Shown piece by piece: positions 27,721 to 37,364 of a stretch of DNA of 48,606 bases. The first letter of the stretch is position 1; the number at the start of each line of letters is the position of its first letter. Position numbers and translations under genes: made by a program. A model generated the notes under the pieces. The model saw only the letters and a list, made by a program, of their open reading frames with translations. It did no database searches and was not told the DNA's origin. The stretch is from an uncultured Gammaproteobacteria bacterium. Its GTDB lineage: Bacteria > Patescibacteriota > Microgenomatia > UBA10105 > UBA927. Location of the stretch: the NCBI GenBank assembly GCA_964515005.1, contig CAZEVT010000001.1:40130-88735 (forward strand), written 5' to 3'.

Positions 27721-30700
27721 GTGTTTCCTCCGTCGGTGCCGGAGCCGCTTCCGCTACCGCTTCTTCTCCGCTTGCCTTTGCTATCTCTACTGCTTCTTTT
27801 TTCACCACGTCGTCAGTTACGGTCTGCGTGGGTGAGACAGGTCGCACGGTCACGGCACCTGTCGGATTGACGTTGAGGCCCAGTGCCTGAAGTTCTTTCA
27901 CAAGCACTTTGAATGATTCGGGAATTGTTGATTCGGGGATATCGGTTCCTTTGACAATTGCTTCAAATGCTTTGGCGCGTCCCACGACATCGTCGGATTT
28001 GATGGTAAGCATTTCCTGAAGGATATGGGCGGCCCGGTGCGACTCAAGCGCCCAGACTTCCATTTCTCCCAACCGTTGTCCTCCCATTTGCGCTTTGCCG
28101 CCTAGTGGCTGCTGGGTAACGAGCGAGTAGGGACCGGTTGACCGGGCATGGGTTTTGTCCTCCACCATGTGGATGAGCTTCATGATGTACCCAACGCCAA
28201 CGACGATAGGCTCAGAGTATGCCTCGCCGGTCCTGCCGTCGTAGAGCGTGCTTTTGCCTGATACCGGAACCCCTGCCTCTTTGAGTTTTTCGATAATATG
28301 TTCCTCACCGATATGCTCAAAAACCGGAAGTGCCACTTTTTGGTTTAACGCCTTTGCGGCCAATCCTAAATGCGCTTCTAAAAGCTGTCCTAAGTTCATA
28401 CGGGACAAAACCGAAAGCGGAGAAATAATAACGTCAACAATCGTGCCGTCAGGAAGATGCGGCATGTCAGAGCCCGGCACTACTTTGGAGATAACTCCCT
28501 TGTTGCCGTGGCGTCCGGCGAGCTTGTCCCCAACAACGACTTTCCGCATCTGGGCTACTTTCACAACAATTTTGCGGTTGGTTCCGGGCTCGAGCTCATC
28601 GCCTTGTTCTTTGTCAAGAATCTTCACTTCAATAACCGTGCCGCGTTCTCCGTGTGCAACCCGAAGGCTGGTGTCGCGAACTTCGCGGGCCTTTTCGCCG
28701 AAAATAGCCCGTAGGAGCCGCTCTTCTGCAGTAAGCTCGGTTTCTCCCTTGGGTGCAATTTTTCCAACAAGTATGTCATTAGGGCCGACCTGGGCGCCAA
28801 CAACGACAATACCATTCTCATCAAGATTCCGAAGCGCTTCTTCCCCGACATTGGGGATATCGCGGGTTGTTTCCTCCGGGCCCAGCTTGGTATCAACAAC
28901 ACTCGCGTCGTATTCTTCGATATGAACCGAGGTCAGAACGTCTTCGCGAACGAGCCTATCGGAAACGACAATGGCGTCCTCATATCCCAGTCCGTCAAAG
29001 CTCATATAGGCGATAACCACATTGGCGCCGAGGGCGAGTTCTCCGTCTTCGCTTGCCGGTCCCTCAATCAAAACCTGACCCTTTTTCACTTTTTGACCGG
29101 TGTGGACAATCACCCGCTGGTTGTAACAGGTTGACTGGGCGCTCCTCGTAAATTTGGCAGTGGACCACGAAAGCGTCTCTCCGTCTTTTGATTCAAACTC
29201 GACGCGCGTTCCGTCGGAGTAACGCACGGTGCCGTCATCCGGGGCCATAATAACGCGGCCCATGGTGGCGGAAATTATCGCTTCCATACCCGTGCCGACA
29301 AACGGCGTTTCGGGATTCACGAGCGGCACTGCCTGACACTGCATGTGTGTGCCCATAAGTGCGCGGTTTGCCTCATCGTGGGCCAAAAACGGAATAAGGG
29401 AGGCCGGCGCCCCGACAACCTGGCGGGGAATTATATCAATATATTCAACAACACTCGCATCCGCTTCTAAAAACTCTCCTTTATACCGAACCGCGACACG
29501 CTCATCGGTAATATGGCCATTGGCGTCAATTGCCACGCCTGCGTGGGTAATGTAATGGTACTGTTCATCGCTGGCATCCAGATACACCATTTCGTCTGTT
29601 ACTTTTTTCTTGTTCACTTTCCGGTATGGTGTCTCCAAAAACCCGTACTCATTGGCCCGGGCGTAGAGGGACATATAGGTCACCAAGCCAATGTTGGGCC
29701 CTTCGGGGGAACGAACCGGACAAATCCGACCGTACTGCGAAGCGTTGATGTCCCGGATGGAGAAGGATGCGCGTTCCCGCGAGATACCGCCGACGCCCAT
29801 AACCGTCAACCTTCGAAGGTTGTCCACTTCGGCCAGTGGATTGGTTTGGTCAAGAATGGTCGAAAGCTGACTGGTACGGAAAAAGTCATTGACCGAGGCG
29901 ATAATGGGCCGCGCGTTAACCAGTTGCATCGGCGTCAAATCTTCGGCAGTGGGGCCAGCGAGGCTCATTTTCTCCCGAACCGACCGCTCGAGCCGCAAAA
30001 GTCCGACACGGAAGGCGTTAGTGGAAACGAGCTCTCCGACGCGGCGCACGCGGCGATTACCCAGGTGATCAATGTCATCGACATCTCCCTCTCCATTTGC
30101 CAGATTCATAAGGTAGGAAATGGCGCCAATGATGTCTTCGCGGGTCAACACCCAGTGATCTTTGTCATTGGGAACAGAAAGGGCCAGCTTCTTGTTCATT
30201 TTGTAGCGCCCTACGCGCTCCAGAGAGTAGCGCCTATAATCAAAAAACATGGTGCGCAAGAGTTCCTGCGCGTTATCAATAACAATGGGCTCGCCCGGGC
30301 GGAGTTTCCGGTAGAGCTCCAAAACAGCCTCGGTCTGACTTGTCGTCGGATCTTTGGCAAGCGTTGCCTCGATATACCTGTGGTCTCCGGTCTTCACACC
30401 CTTAAATGCCGTGATGATGTCTTCGTTTGTCGAAAGGCCAATGGCCCGTAAAAAGGTAGACGCCACAAATTTGCGGCGTCTATCGATGCGAACCATAAGT
30501 ACATCGTTTCGGGTGACAATAAACTCGAGCCAGCTGCCGTGCATCGGCCGGATTTCCGCGCTATAGAGAGTCTTGCCGGTTGTCGTATCCACGGTTCCGG
30601 TGTAGTAGATACCGGGAGACCGGACGAGCTGGTTGACGACACAGCGCTCGATACCGTTGATTATAAACGTACCGTTCTCGGTCATCGCGGGGATATCACC

Positions 30701-31024
30701 CAAAAAGACCTCCTGCATCACGCGGTGGCTGGTTTGTTTGTTGACCAAGGTCGCCATGACCTTCAAAGGCATGTCATAGGTAAGACCTTTTTCAAGCGCA
30801 ACCGGAGGCGTAAGGCGGGGTCTGCCGAAAAAATAATCGCCAAACGACAGTTCCCAATTTTTACCGGTAAAATCATTGATGGGGGTTACTTCGGAAAGAA
30901 GATCGCGGATACCCTGCTCCAAAAACCACTGGTACGATTCACGCTGTACCAAGGTCAAGTCGATCGCAGGAAGGTTCGGGTGATCCGTGTCCCACAGCCG
31001 CTTATGAGTTGGGTCTTGTGCCAT
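27713..31024 (-). CDS. rpoB: DNA-directed RNA polymerase subunit beta
   Basis: 1103 aa with typical beta-subunit segments (..[11 protein letters not shown].., ..[14 protein letters not shown]..). It overlaps the rpoC start by 8 nt. Confidence 0.98.
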   Translation of the reverse strand: MAQDPTHKRLWDTDHPNLPAIDLTLVQRESYQWFLEQGIRDLLSEVTPINDFTGKNWELSFGDYFFGRPRLTPPVALEKGLTYDMPLKVMATLVNKQTSHRVMQEVFLGDIPAMTENGTFIINGIERCVVNQLVRSPGIYYTGTVDTTTGKTLYSAEIRPMHGSWLEFIVTRNDVLMVRIDRRRKFVASTFLRAIGLSTNEDIITAFKGVKTGDHRYIEATLAKDPTTSQTEAVLELYRKLRPGEPIVIDNAQELLRTMFFDYRRYSLERVGRYKMNKKLALSVPNDKDHWVLTREDIIGAISYLMNLANGEGDVDDIDHLGNRRVRRVGELVSTNAFRVGLLRLERSVREKMSLAGPTAEDLTPMQLVNARPIIASVNDFFRTSQLSTILDQTNPLAEVDNLRRLTVMGVGGISRERASFSIRDINASQYGRICPVRSPEGPNIGLVTYMSLYARANEYGFLETPYRKVNKKKVTDEMVYLDASDEQYHYITHAGVAIDANGHITDERVAVRYKGEFLEADASVVEYIDIIPRQVVGAPASLIPFLAHDEANRALMGTHMQCQAVPLVNPETPFVGTGMEAIISATMGRVIMAPDDGTVRYSDGTRVEFESKDGETLSWSTAKFTRSAQSTCYNQRVIVHTGQKVKKGQVLIEGPASEDGELALGANVVIAYMSFDGLGYEDAIVVSDRLVREDVLTSVHIEEYDASVVDTKLGPEETTRDIPNVGEEALRNLDENGIVVVGAQVGPNDILVGKIAPKGETELTAEERLLRAIFGEKAREVRDTSLRVAHGERGTVIEVKILDKEQGDELEPGTNRKIVVKVAQMRKVVVGDKLAGRHGNKGVISKVVPGSDMPHLPDGTIVDVIISPLSVLSRMNLGQLLEAHLGLAAKALNQKVALPVFEHIGEEHIIEKLKEAGVPVSGKSTLYDGRTGEAYSEPIVVGVGYIMKLIHMVEDKTHARSTGPYSLVTQQPLGGKAQMGGQRLGEMEVWALESHRAAHILQEMLTIKSDDVVGRAKAFEAIVKGTDIPESTIPESFKVLVKELQALGLNVNPTGAVTVRPVSPTQTVTDDVVKKEAVEIAKASGEEAVAEAAPAPTEETHG

Positions 31025-31043
31025 TAGATAAATCCTCTAGTGA

Positions 31044-31075
31044 ACGACGAAAAGAAGCGAACAATGAACGTTCGC
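31044..31075 (-). promoter_or_regulatory. hairpin plus U-rich tract in the rpoB 5' leader (possible attenuator, or terminator of the upstream nuclease gene)
   Basis: The minus-strand RNA reads GCGAAC-GUUCAUU-GUUCGC (6-bp stem, 31075..31057), followed by UUCUUUUCGUCGUU. It lies between the consensus promoter and the AGAGGA SD of rpoB. Confidence 0.4.
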
Positions 31076-31101
31076 CTCTTGTGGCTATTCAATTAATGCG
31101 T

Positions 31102-31129
31102 ATTATACGCGACTTTTCCCTTTTGTCAA
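31102..31129 (-). promoter_or_regulatory. consensus sigma70-type promoter for rpoBC (TTGACA-16 nt-TATAAT)
   Basis: On the minus strand, TTGACA lies at 31129..31124 and TATAAT at 31107..31102. The -35 hexamer overlaps the TGA stop of the upstream nuclease gene. Confidence 0.6.
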
Positions 31130-31953
31130 GCTTGGGCGCGAATATAGATATTTTGATTGTATCCCCCCACCCCAACAAACTCCGCGCGGCCTGCGATAAT
31201 ATCTTCTAAAGGAAGGCAGTTGCGGCAGCCGTCTTTTTGTTTGCAGACAAAGCGTTCCACTTTTCGGGCGAGGGCAATCATGCGGGCATGTTCCATGACG
31301 CGCTTAGTCGCATCTTCCCCGGTGGGCAAAGATACCGCAGTCGGCGCATCATCACGTTCAAGGTACCAATAACTGGCCCCAGCCACGGGTTTAGTTTGGC
31401 AGTGAGCCGCAAGAAGAAGATATATGGGAAGCTGCAACGAATCTTCGTCTTCATCAAATTTGCCGGTCTTGAAATCTATAATCCTCACCGAATCAGACTC
31501 GGGGACATACTCCAGCCAGTCTATTTTGCCGCAAAGGATAATATTGTCATCCTCCGAAAGCCAGAAATGCGGCAGATCCTGGCGGATTTTGATTGCCTTT
31601 GCAGCAAGCGGTCCAGGACTTGCCATCACTCGGGCAATCATCTTGGCTCCCCGGGCTTGAAATTTTTTTTCTTCGTCCGGATCACGGAACCCGCCGCGTT
31701 TGCCAGACAGCCACTTTTCTCCATAGAGCGCAAGAAGCGAATCTATTTTCCTTTCTTCTTGCGGCACGGTCGATAACGACTCGAGTACTTCATGCACTAC
31801 TTGTCCCAAAGCAAGCGACGGCGCCATGAGCATGACTTTGCGATTGGTTTTCGGATCACGATAGATATTTTTTATGTAATATGCGCGCGGACACTTGAGG
31901 TAATCTCCGATGGAACTATGCGACACCCATACCGCGGAATATTTGTCTTTCAT
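31126..31953 (-). CDS. PD-(D/E)XK nuclease, Cas4/RecB-like, with four Cys suggestive of an Fe-S cluster
   Basis: 275 aa. The N-terminus reads S.S...DYLKCPRAYY. The core reads GKIDWLEY......VRIIDFKTGK (a D...D-x-K pattern) followed by QLPIYLLL (QxxxY). The C-terminus reads C-x5-C-x2-C (CKQKDGCRNC). Confidence 0.75.
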   Translation of the reverse strand: MKDKYSAVWVSHSSIGDYLKCPRAYYIKNIYRDPKTNRKVMLMAPSLALGQVVHEVLESLSTVPQEERKIDSLLALYGEKWLSGKRGGFRDPDEEKKFQARGAKMIARVMASPGPLAAKAIKIRQDLPHFWLSEDDNIILCGKIDWLEYVPESDSVRIIDFKTGKFDEDEDSLQLPIYLLLAAHCQTKPVAGASYWYLERDDAPTAVSLPTGEDATKRVMEHARMIALARKVERFVCKQKDGCRNCLPLEDIIAGRAEFVGVGGYNQNIYIRAQA

Positions 31954-32017
31954 ATTCGTAGGAGCATACTACCACAAAATGAGGATTTTCTCGCGATATA
32001 TGAGCGAGAGAAGATGC

Positions 32018-32037
32018 CCCCGACCATCAGGTCGGGG
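32018..32037 (-). terminator. GC-rich hairpin just after the mltG stop (candidate intrinsic terminator, weak U tract)
   Basis: CCCCGACC-(4 nt loop)-GGTCGGGG forms an 8-bp stem at 32018..32037, 5 nt after the mltG TGA. On the minus strand it is followed by AUCUUCUCU. Confidence 0.45.
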
Positions 32038-32042
32038 CAGAT

Positions 32043-33026
32043 TCATTGGAGGTACTTCGCGACGTTGGCGTTGTGCTCGTCGAGGGTCGCGGCGAAATGG
32101 ACGGCGCCGGTCGGGTCGTGAAGATAATAAAGATTGTCGGTTTCCGTCGGGTTGATAATCGCTTGAATGGACGCGAGGCCCGGATTGGAAATCGGGCCCG
32201 GAGGAAGCCCGGGATTTGCGTACGTATTGTACCGAGATTTAATTTTTTTGTCCTCGGCAAAGAGTGACTTCTTCCACCACGACTTTTCAAACGGCTGGTA
32301 GCCAAAAGCGTATTGAAGGGTTGCATCCACTTGAAGCGCCATCCCAAGTTTCAGACGGTTAAGAAGAATGCCGGCAATCACCGGCCGGTCGGCATCGGTT
32401 TTACCCTCCCGCTCAACAATGGATGCAAGGGTAATCACATCATCAAATGAAAGGCCAGTTTTTTTGGCAGCGTCCCGCATTTCCTGAGTTACCTTTTTAT
32501 CAAAGTTATCCAAAAACACTTTCGCGATAGCTGCTGCCGTTGCGTCCCGAGGAAGGAGGTAGGTATCCGGGAACATATAGCCTTCCTTCGCATATTTCAA
32601 AAATTCTTTTTCAGGAATATCCAGGTCGCTTGCCAAAAGAAGCGCAATTTCCTCTGTCCTCCAGCCCTCAAGCGTCGTCACCCACACGTCGAGTGTGCCG
32701 TGGGTCAGTTCCAGGGCAATCGTCCGGGCATCCATGGATTTATTCAGGCGGAAATCTCCCGCCTGCAAATCCTGCTCAATTCCCAGAACTTTGAGAAGAA
32801 CAAAAAATCCCGTGGAACTGTGAATAAGATTTTGGCTTGCAAGGTCGGCCGCGATCTCTTTGCCTCCCGCCCCGCGCGCAACGACAAAAATTATAGGTGT
32901 CGTATCTGTGGGATCTACTGCGGCAATTGAATCGCGCCACCAAAACCACCCGCCCCAGGCGAAAATTACCACGATCGCAAAAAAAACAATCAGGCGCGTG
33001 GCAAATGTCTGCTTATTTGATTTCAT
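32043..33026 (-). CDS. mltG: endolytic murein transglycosylase MltG (YceG-like)
   Basis: An N-terminal TM helix is followed by ..LASIVEREGK...DRP.IAGI.LNRL..GM.LQ.DAT..Y......................YNTY...GLPPGPI.NPG..SI.A..NP, the YceG signature. Confidence 0.88.
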   Translation of the reverse strand: MKSNKQTFATRLIVFFAIVVIFAWGGWFWWRDSIAAVDPTDTTPIIFVVARGAGGKEIAADLASQNLIHSSTGFFVLLKVLGIEQDLQAGDFRLNKSMDARTIALELTHGTLDVWVTTLEGWRTEEIALLLASDLDIPEKEFLKYAKEGYMFPDTYLLPRDATAAAIAKVFLDNFDKKVTQEMRDAAKKTGLSFDDVITLASIVEREGKTDADRPVIAGILLNRLKLGMALQVDATLQYAFGYQPFEKSWWKKSLFAEDKKIKSRYNTYANPGLPPGPISNPGLASIQAIINPTETDNLYYLHDPTGAVHFAATLDEHNANVAKYLQ

Positions 33027-33204
33027 TCAGTGTTGCCCTCCGAAACTTTTTATCCGTAGCATCGTACATGTAGACCCGGCCGCAGTCGCACGTCACCTGA
33101 ACGAGCCCCTTGCCTTCCTTTTTTCCAAGCAGTCTCCCACAGCCCACACACTTCCCTTGGGACAAAAGCCAGGCCTGCATGGGAGCGATGATATTTTTAA
33201 ACAT
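33013..33204 (-). CDS. small Cys4 zinc-ribbon-like protein (63 aa), unknown function
   Basis: Contains CVGC...(19 aa)...CDC. It starts 3 nt after the deoA-like stop and overlaps the mltG start by 14 nt, which suggests translational coupling. Confidence 0.55.
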   Translation of the reverse strand: MFKNIIAPMQAWLLSQGKCVGCGRLLGKKEGKGLVQVTCDCGRVYMYDATDKKFRRATLNEIK

Positions 33205-33206
33205 AG

Positions 33207-34472
33207 TTATTCAACCGCATACACCGGAATATTTTTTATCGTCTCTACGGCTTCTTTGAGCCTCCACTTATCCGAACTGTAGAGCGTACATAGTATATCA
33301 CCCTTGTCTACCGCCTCATCAAGTTTCCGGTTTAAATACATCCCCGCCTTTTTGTCCGTCGGGCAGCCAAGAATACGACAAACGACGGTAATCTGCTTGT
33401 TATCAATCGAATGCACGCGGCCGTGCTTTCCCCCCTTCAACTCATAGGTATACCTCCCCGGACGCAAATGGTCGCTAACGACCTCCGGATTCCCACCCTG
33501 GGTTCTGATAATTTCGCGAAGCTTGGTCAATGCCTGGCCGGAGGTAAGAATTTCCCGCGCGACGTCCTCGCCGACCATATCTTTTTTCCCTGGGGTATCG
33601 GCAAAACATAAGGTTAATAGCTTTCCCGCAAGCCGTATTGCTTTGGCTTCCAATGCAAGCGGGCGGTTCTTGTGCTGTTCCAGAACCTGGAGGACGTCCC
33701 GCGCTTCCAATACCGGTCCGATACCCCGTCCTGCATTCTGCCGAATCTCACTCATATCAACGACCACTTTGATCCCAAATTTTTTTGCCAGGAAGTTAAA
33801 CTTCTTCGCAATAATCTCCGCGTCCTTAAAGTGCTGTATTTTCATCGTGGGTCCAACCGGGATATCCAAAACCAGATGCGTGGCGCCGGAGGCAACTTTC
33901 TTGGCCATGATGGAGACGATGATCTTATCAAAGGATTCAAACGCGAGCGGCTGTTCAATTTGGATAATAATGTCATCGGCAGGTGCCAGCCCCAGGTGCC
34001 CGCCCCACACAATACAGCCGCCGGCTTTTCCGACCAAATGCTCAATTTGCTTTGGGCTAAAGGTCACGGGCGCCAACACCTCCATGGTGTCGGCAGTTCC
34101 CGCAGGCGAGGTGATGGCGCGGGAAGACGTTTTGGGGATTTGAAACCCGGCAGCTGCGATAATGGGGACGAGAATCATCGTGGTTCTCGTTCCCGCAACT
34201 CCTCCGGTTGAATGCTTGTCCGCAACAATTCCCTTGAAATGCAGCTGCGGTCCGGTTGCCACCATTGCCCGGGAAAGATGGTAGAGCTCCTCATCATTAA
34301 ATCCTTCCTTAAATCCTGCGGCAGCAAAATAGGTTGTCAAAACCGGGCTCAATCTCTGGTTGGCAATCTCGTCCATGATGGCAAAAATCTCATGATACGA
34401 AAGTGTTTTCCCCACGAGCTTTTTCTTGATTGCTTCTATGGCAACCTGTTGATGGTCGTGGGTATGGGTCAT
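33207..34472 (-). CDS. deoA: thymidine-phosphorylase-family enzyme, closest in motif style to archaeal AMP phosphorylase (DeoA)
   Basis: 421 aa. Contains DKHSTGGVAGTRTTMILVPIIAAAGF.IPKTSSRAITSPAGTADTMEV, ..GGCIVWGG.L.LAPADD.II..E, IMAKK...G.THLVLDIP.G. It overlaps the sortase stop by 4 nt. Confidence 0.8.
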   Translation of the reverse strand: MTHTHDHQQVAIEAIKKKLVGKTLSYHEIFAIMDEIANQRLSPVLTTYFAAAGFKEGFNDEELYHLSRAMVATGPQLHFKGIVADKHSTGGVAGTRTTMILVPIIAAAGFQIPKTSSRAITSPAGTADTMEVLAPVTFSPKQIEHLVGKAGGCIVWGGHLGLAPADDIIIQIEQPLAFESFDKIIVSIMAKKVASGATHLVLDIPVGPTMKIQHFKDAEIIAKKFNFLAKKFGIKVVVDMSEIRQNAGRGIGPVLEARDVLQVLEQHKNRPLALEAKAIRLAGKLLTLCFADTPGKKDMVGEDVAREILTSGQALTKLREIIRTQGGNPEVVSDHLRPGRYTYELKGGKHGRVHSIDNKQITVVCRILGCPTDKKAGMYLNRKLDEAVDKGDILCTLYSSDKWRLKEAVETIKNIPVYAVE

Positions 34473-35185
34473 AGCGGGCGCTCCAGGCGCGCTTTCACAT
34501 GGAGCCGCTGCCAGTAGGTCCCCGGGGGGACGCAGGTGATGAGGGTCAAATAGGAATCATCAAACTTCTGTTCCAAAGCAGAGAGATCCGAGGGAGATGA
34601 AACCGTCATCTCATAGACGATGTAGGTATAGGAAATGCCGTCAAACGTGACGTCTATGGCGTCTCCGACTTTCATAGTGGGCAGAGTAGAAAAAATCGTT
34701 TTGTAATTTTTCGGATTAAAAAACTGCGGTAGCGTCGAATGGCCGAAAATCACGGTATTGCCGTACTCGCCCGGCATGGCGGTGCCGCCGTAATGGACAA
34801 GGCTCTTAGAAAGATCTTCGCCCCCGATGATAACCTCCGCGTCTTCTATCTTTAATTTAGGAATACTAAGTGAGTAGCCATTCACCGGCGTCACCACTTT
34901 TTTCTGGGGGGAAGTCGGAAACCATGCGTTGGCATTGGTAAACTCCGACCCGGGAGCAATATCAGACGACGCAAACACAACCGGCGAGAGACTCTTCGTG
35001 TCCTGTATGGGGGTTACGGTTTTGGCAAGCAGGTCACTCGTGACAATGGTAAATGATATGATGGGCCACGCAACCCACGCAAGAATCAGTGCCCCGAGCC
35101 CCATCAGTCCGAACGATACCGTACGGGAACTTCGTTTCCGGCCGTAGGATCCCGGCGGAGCTTTGACATAACGATACATTGCCAT
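34469..35185 (-). CDS. sortase family transpeptidase
   Basis: An N-terminal TM helix is followed by the catalytic His (NTVIFGHST), the TLxTC-type Cys (YLTLITC) and a downstream Arg (RLHVKAR). The start is placed at ATG 35185. The track start at 35203 is a TTG. Confidence 0.85.
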   Translation of the reverse strand: MAMYRYVKAPPGSYGRKRSSRTVSFGLMGLGALILAWVAWPIISFTIVTSDLLAKTVTPIQDTKSLSPVVFASSDIAPGSEFTNANAWFPTSPQKKVVTPVNGYSLSIPKLKIEDAEVIIGGEDLSKSLVHYGGTAMPGEYGNTVIFGHSTLPQFFNPKNYKTIFSTLPTMKVGDAIDVTFDGISYTYIVYEMTVSSPSDLSALEQKFDDSYLTLITCVPPGTYWQRLHVKARLERPL

Positions 35186-35189
35186 ATAG

Positions 35190-37364
35190 TTAGGGAATCG
35201 CAAGCCCGACTGAAATATTTTTCGCGTTTACGGGCATCCGGTTTCTGCCAAAATTCATCCGGAACCGTACTTCAACACCCATCACCCCGGTAAGTCCTCG
35301 AAGATAGCTTTCTGCATCTGTAAATTTTTTGCCGGCAAGCTTTTTTTGAATATCAGACAGATCAAGAGTCGGCACCGCGTCTCCCTTAAACGTCACGCGT
35401 GCGCTGATTTTCCCGTCTTTGGCGATTTTTACATTGGATACTTCGACCTTGGTCCGCTCTTCGGCAAGCGTATATCCTGCAGGAATATCGCTTGCGATAA
35501 ACGCCTTCATGATGGTTTTGACATCATCCTCGCGGTAGGTGGTGCCGGCGACCGTAATCGTGAGCTTCCCCGACAACTGCGTCGATTCCTGGTCGAGCTC
35601 CTGTTGAAAAGTCTTTTCGGTCACGGTTGTTTTGATCGTTTCGTCGATAAGCTTTTCGGTACCACCTACGACGCCTACTAACTCCGTCTTTGCCTGATTG
35701 ACAAGATCGACCGAGGCCTCCTTGACGAATCCGTCATAGTCGGCCCGCGTGACCACCGTCACCTCCCGGCTCGTGCCGCCGGTTAACGCCGAGTCGTTCC
35801 GGCCAATGGCAACGCTCGCCGATACATCCTTCAGCGCAAACTCCGTTGCCGCGGCAAGATTGCTCTCGGTTCCGATTTGCCGGGCGGTTAGGTTGCCGTT
35901 TGCCTTGCCAAATGTTATCGACCCCACCGATTCGGAAGCGGACGCGACCGATACATCAGCGTCCAGAGAAAACTCAAGGGCGCCCGCAGCCAGCACCGTG
36001 CCCTTGGCAAAGGTCTTTGAACTTAATGATTTATTGTAAATCGTCACTCCTCCTTTTGCCGGGTCTCCGACCTTTTTCTTTCCGGTCACCGCTACCGTTT
36101 TTTCGCCGCTGACGGACTTCTCCTGGGTGCCGCCGGGAATAACCTTATGTTCCGCATCAACAACCGTTGCCGTCGGATCTATGGTGATCTGTTCCGATGC
36201 TTCAATTGCCTTCGGAAGCTCCAGAATAGTAACCGTAGCATGCGGCAAAACCCACGAGAGGAAACCAAAAAACAAAACAACGCCGATGACAATGACCACC
36301 AGTAGCATTCTGCCTTTGAGGGGAATTTTTCCCTGAAAAGATGACAGATTTATCTTTGGCATAGCGGGCAAGGTAAACTTTGGACGTGTCCTAGGAACCT
36401 CTTCAAGTACGTCTACATTTTTTTGAAATCCCAGGGTTGCAGGATCTACAACTACCACATTGGAATCCTCTTCTCTTTTTTCCTCTTCAAGAATTTCTTC
36501 TCCCTCTTCTATCTCCTCTGCTTCTTTCGCTACCGCCTGCTCTGTCACCGGCGCTTCTTCCGCAGGACCCATGGCCATGGCAAGTTCGCTTGCCCCCGCA
36601 AGCGATACTGCCTCCACCGTATCCTCCGGCTTCACGATTTCAATTTTGGGAAAATGCAGGAAGTTTACGCGTGTCGTCCACGGGTAACGCATCAGTTCGC
36701 TTTTCACCTCCGAGAGATACTCCGGATCATATCCGTAGAGGAGAATCCGCGCAGGAAGCACCTCAAGATCCGTAAATTTTTTGAGAAGCTCCTCCAAGTG
36801 TATGGCAATATCGCCGTCTTGCGCGCTCATGTGCTGACCGGTAAGTGCGCCCACACGGTAGAGAGATAACGCAAGCGACTTTTTAGTTACCTCCAAAAGA
36901 ATCACGCTCGGAGGGATGCCTTCATCTTTCTTGATTTTGTACATGAGTGCCTGGTGTATGGATACAAACCCTATGGCCTCAAGTTCCATTTCATGCGTTA
37001 TCTTTTTGATGTGAGGCCGGATATCAGTGTGAATTTCTCCGGTCGGAGTCAGGAAGCTTGCAGGCAACCCCAATACCACCTTGGCATACGACGTGATGCC
37101 CGCGGCGTCTTCAACCGCGGCGAGGACCTCGTCGGTCGCCTCAAGTCTCCCGTCCCATGTCGGGGGATCACATTTCGCGCTGTTTGATGCAAGAATGAGA
37201 GGGCTTCCTTTTTCGCCCATTTCCCACAGAGCCGCCGCCACATATTCTTCATCCAGAACAAGCGAGGAAAAGACTTCTTTTTTGGGCTGTTTTTTTTGGA
37301 GAACGTCCGTGATCATGCTTGGCAATTTCATAGATAAAATTGAGGGCAGACCTCCTGGTATCAT
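35190..37364 (-). CDS. large bitopic membrane protein: ~280-aa cytoplasmic alpha/beta domain, acidic linker, one TM helix, ~370-aa extracytoplasmic beta-rich domain
   Basis: A continuous ORF reaches 37391 (TTG). Candidate ATG starts lie at 37364, 37331 and 37316. The acidic stretch reads EEAPVTEQAVAKEAEEIEEGEEILEEEKREED. The TM helix reads MLLVVIVIGVVLFFGFLSWVL. The ectodomain contains GDPAKGGVTIYNKS and GGTSREVTVVT, which resemble baseplate-J/gp47-like family proteins, but I recall this only weakly. Confidence 0.7.
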   Translation of the reverse strand: MIPGGLPSILSMKLPSMITDVLQKKQPKKEVFSSLVLDEEYVAAALWEMGEKGSPLILASNSAKCDPPTWDGRLEATDEVLAAVEDAAGITSYAKVVLGLPASFLTPTGEIHTDIRPHIKKITHEMELEAIGFVSIHQALMYKIKKDEGIPPSVILLEVTKKSLALSLYRVGALTGQHMSAQDGDIAIHLEELLKKFTDLEVLPARILLYGYDPEYLSEVKSELMRYPWTTRVNFLHFPKIEIVKPEDTVEAVSLAGASELAMAMGPAEEAPVTEQAVAKEAEEIEEGEEILEEEKREEDSNVVVVDPATLGFQKNVDVLEEVPRTRPKFTLPAMPKINLSSFQGKIPLKGRMLLVVIVIGVVLFFGFLSWVLPHATVTILELPKAIEASEQITIDPTATVVDAEHKVIPGGTQEKSVSGEKTVAVTGKKKVGDPAKGGVTIYNKSLSSKTFAKGTVLAAGALEFSLDADVSVASASESVGSITFGKANGNLTARQIGTESNLAAATEFALKDVSASVAIGRNDSALTGGTSREVTVVTRADYDGFVKEASVDLVNQAKTELVGVVGGTEKLIDETIKTTVTEKTFQQELDQESTQLSGKLTITVAGTTYREDDVKTIMKAFIASDIPAGYTLAEERTKVEVSNVKIAKDGKISARVTFKGDAVPTLDLSDIQKKLAGKKFTDAESYLRGLTGVMGVEVRFRMNFGRNRMPVNAKNISVGLAIP

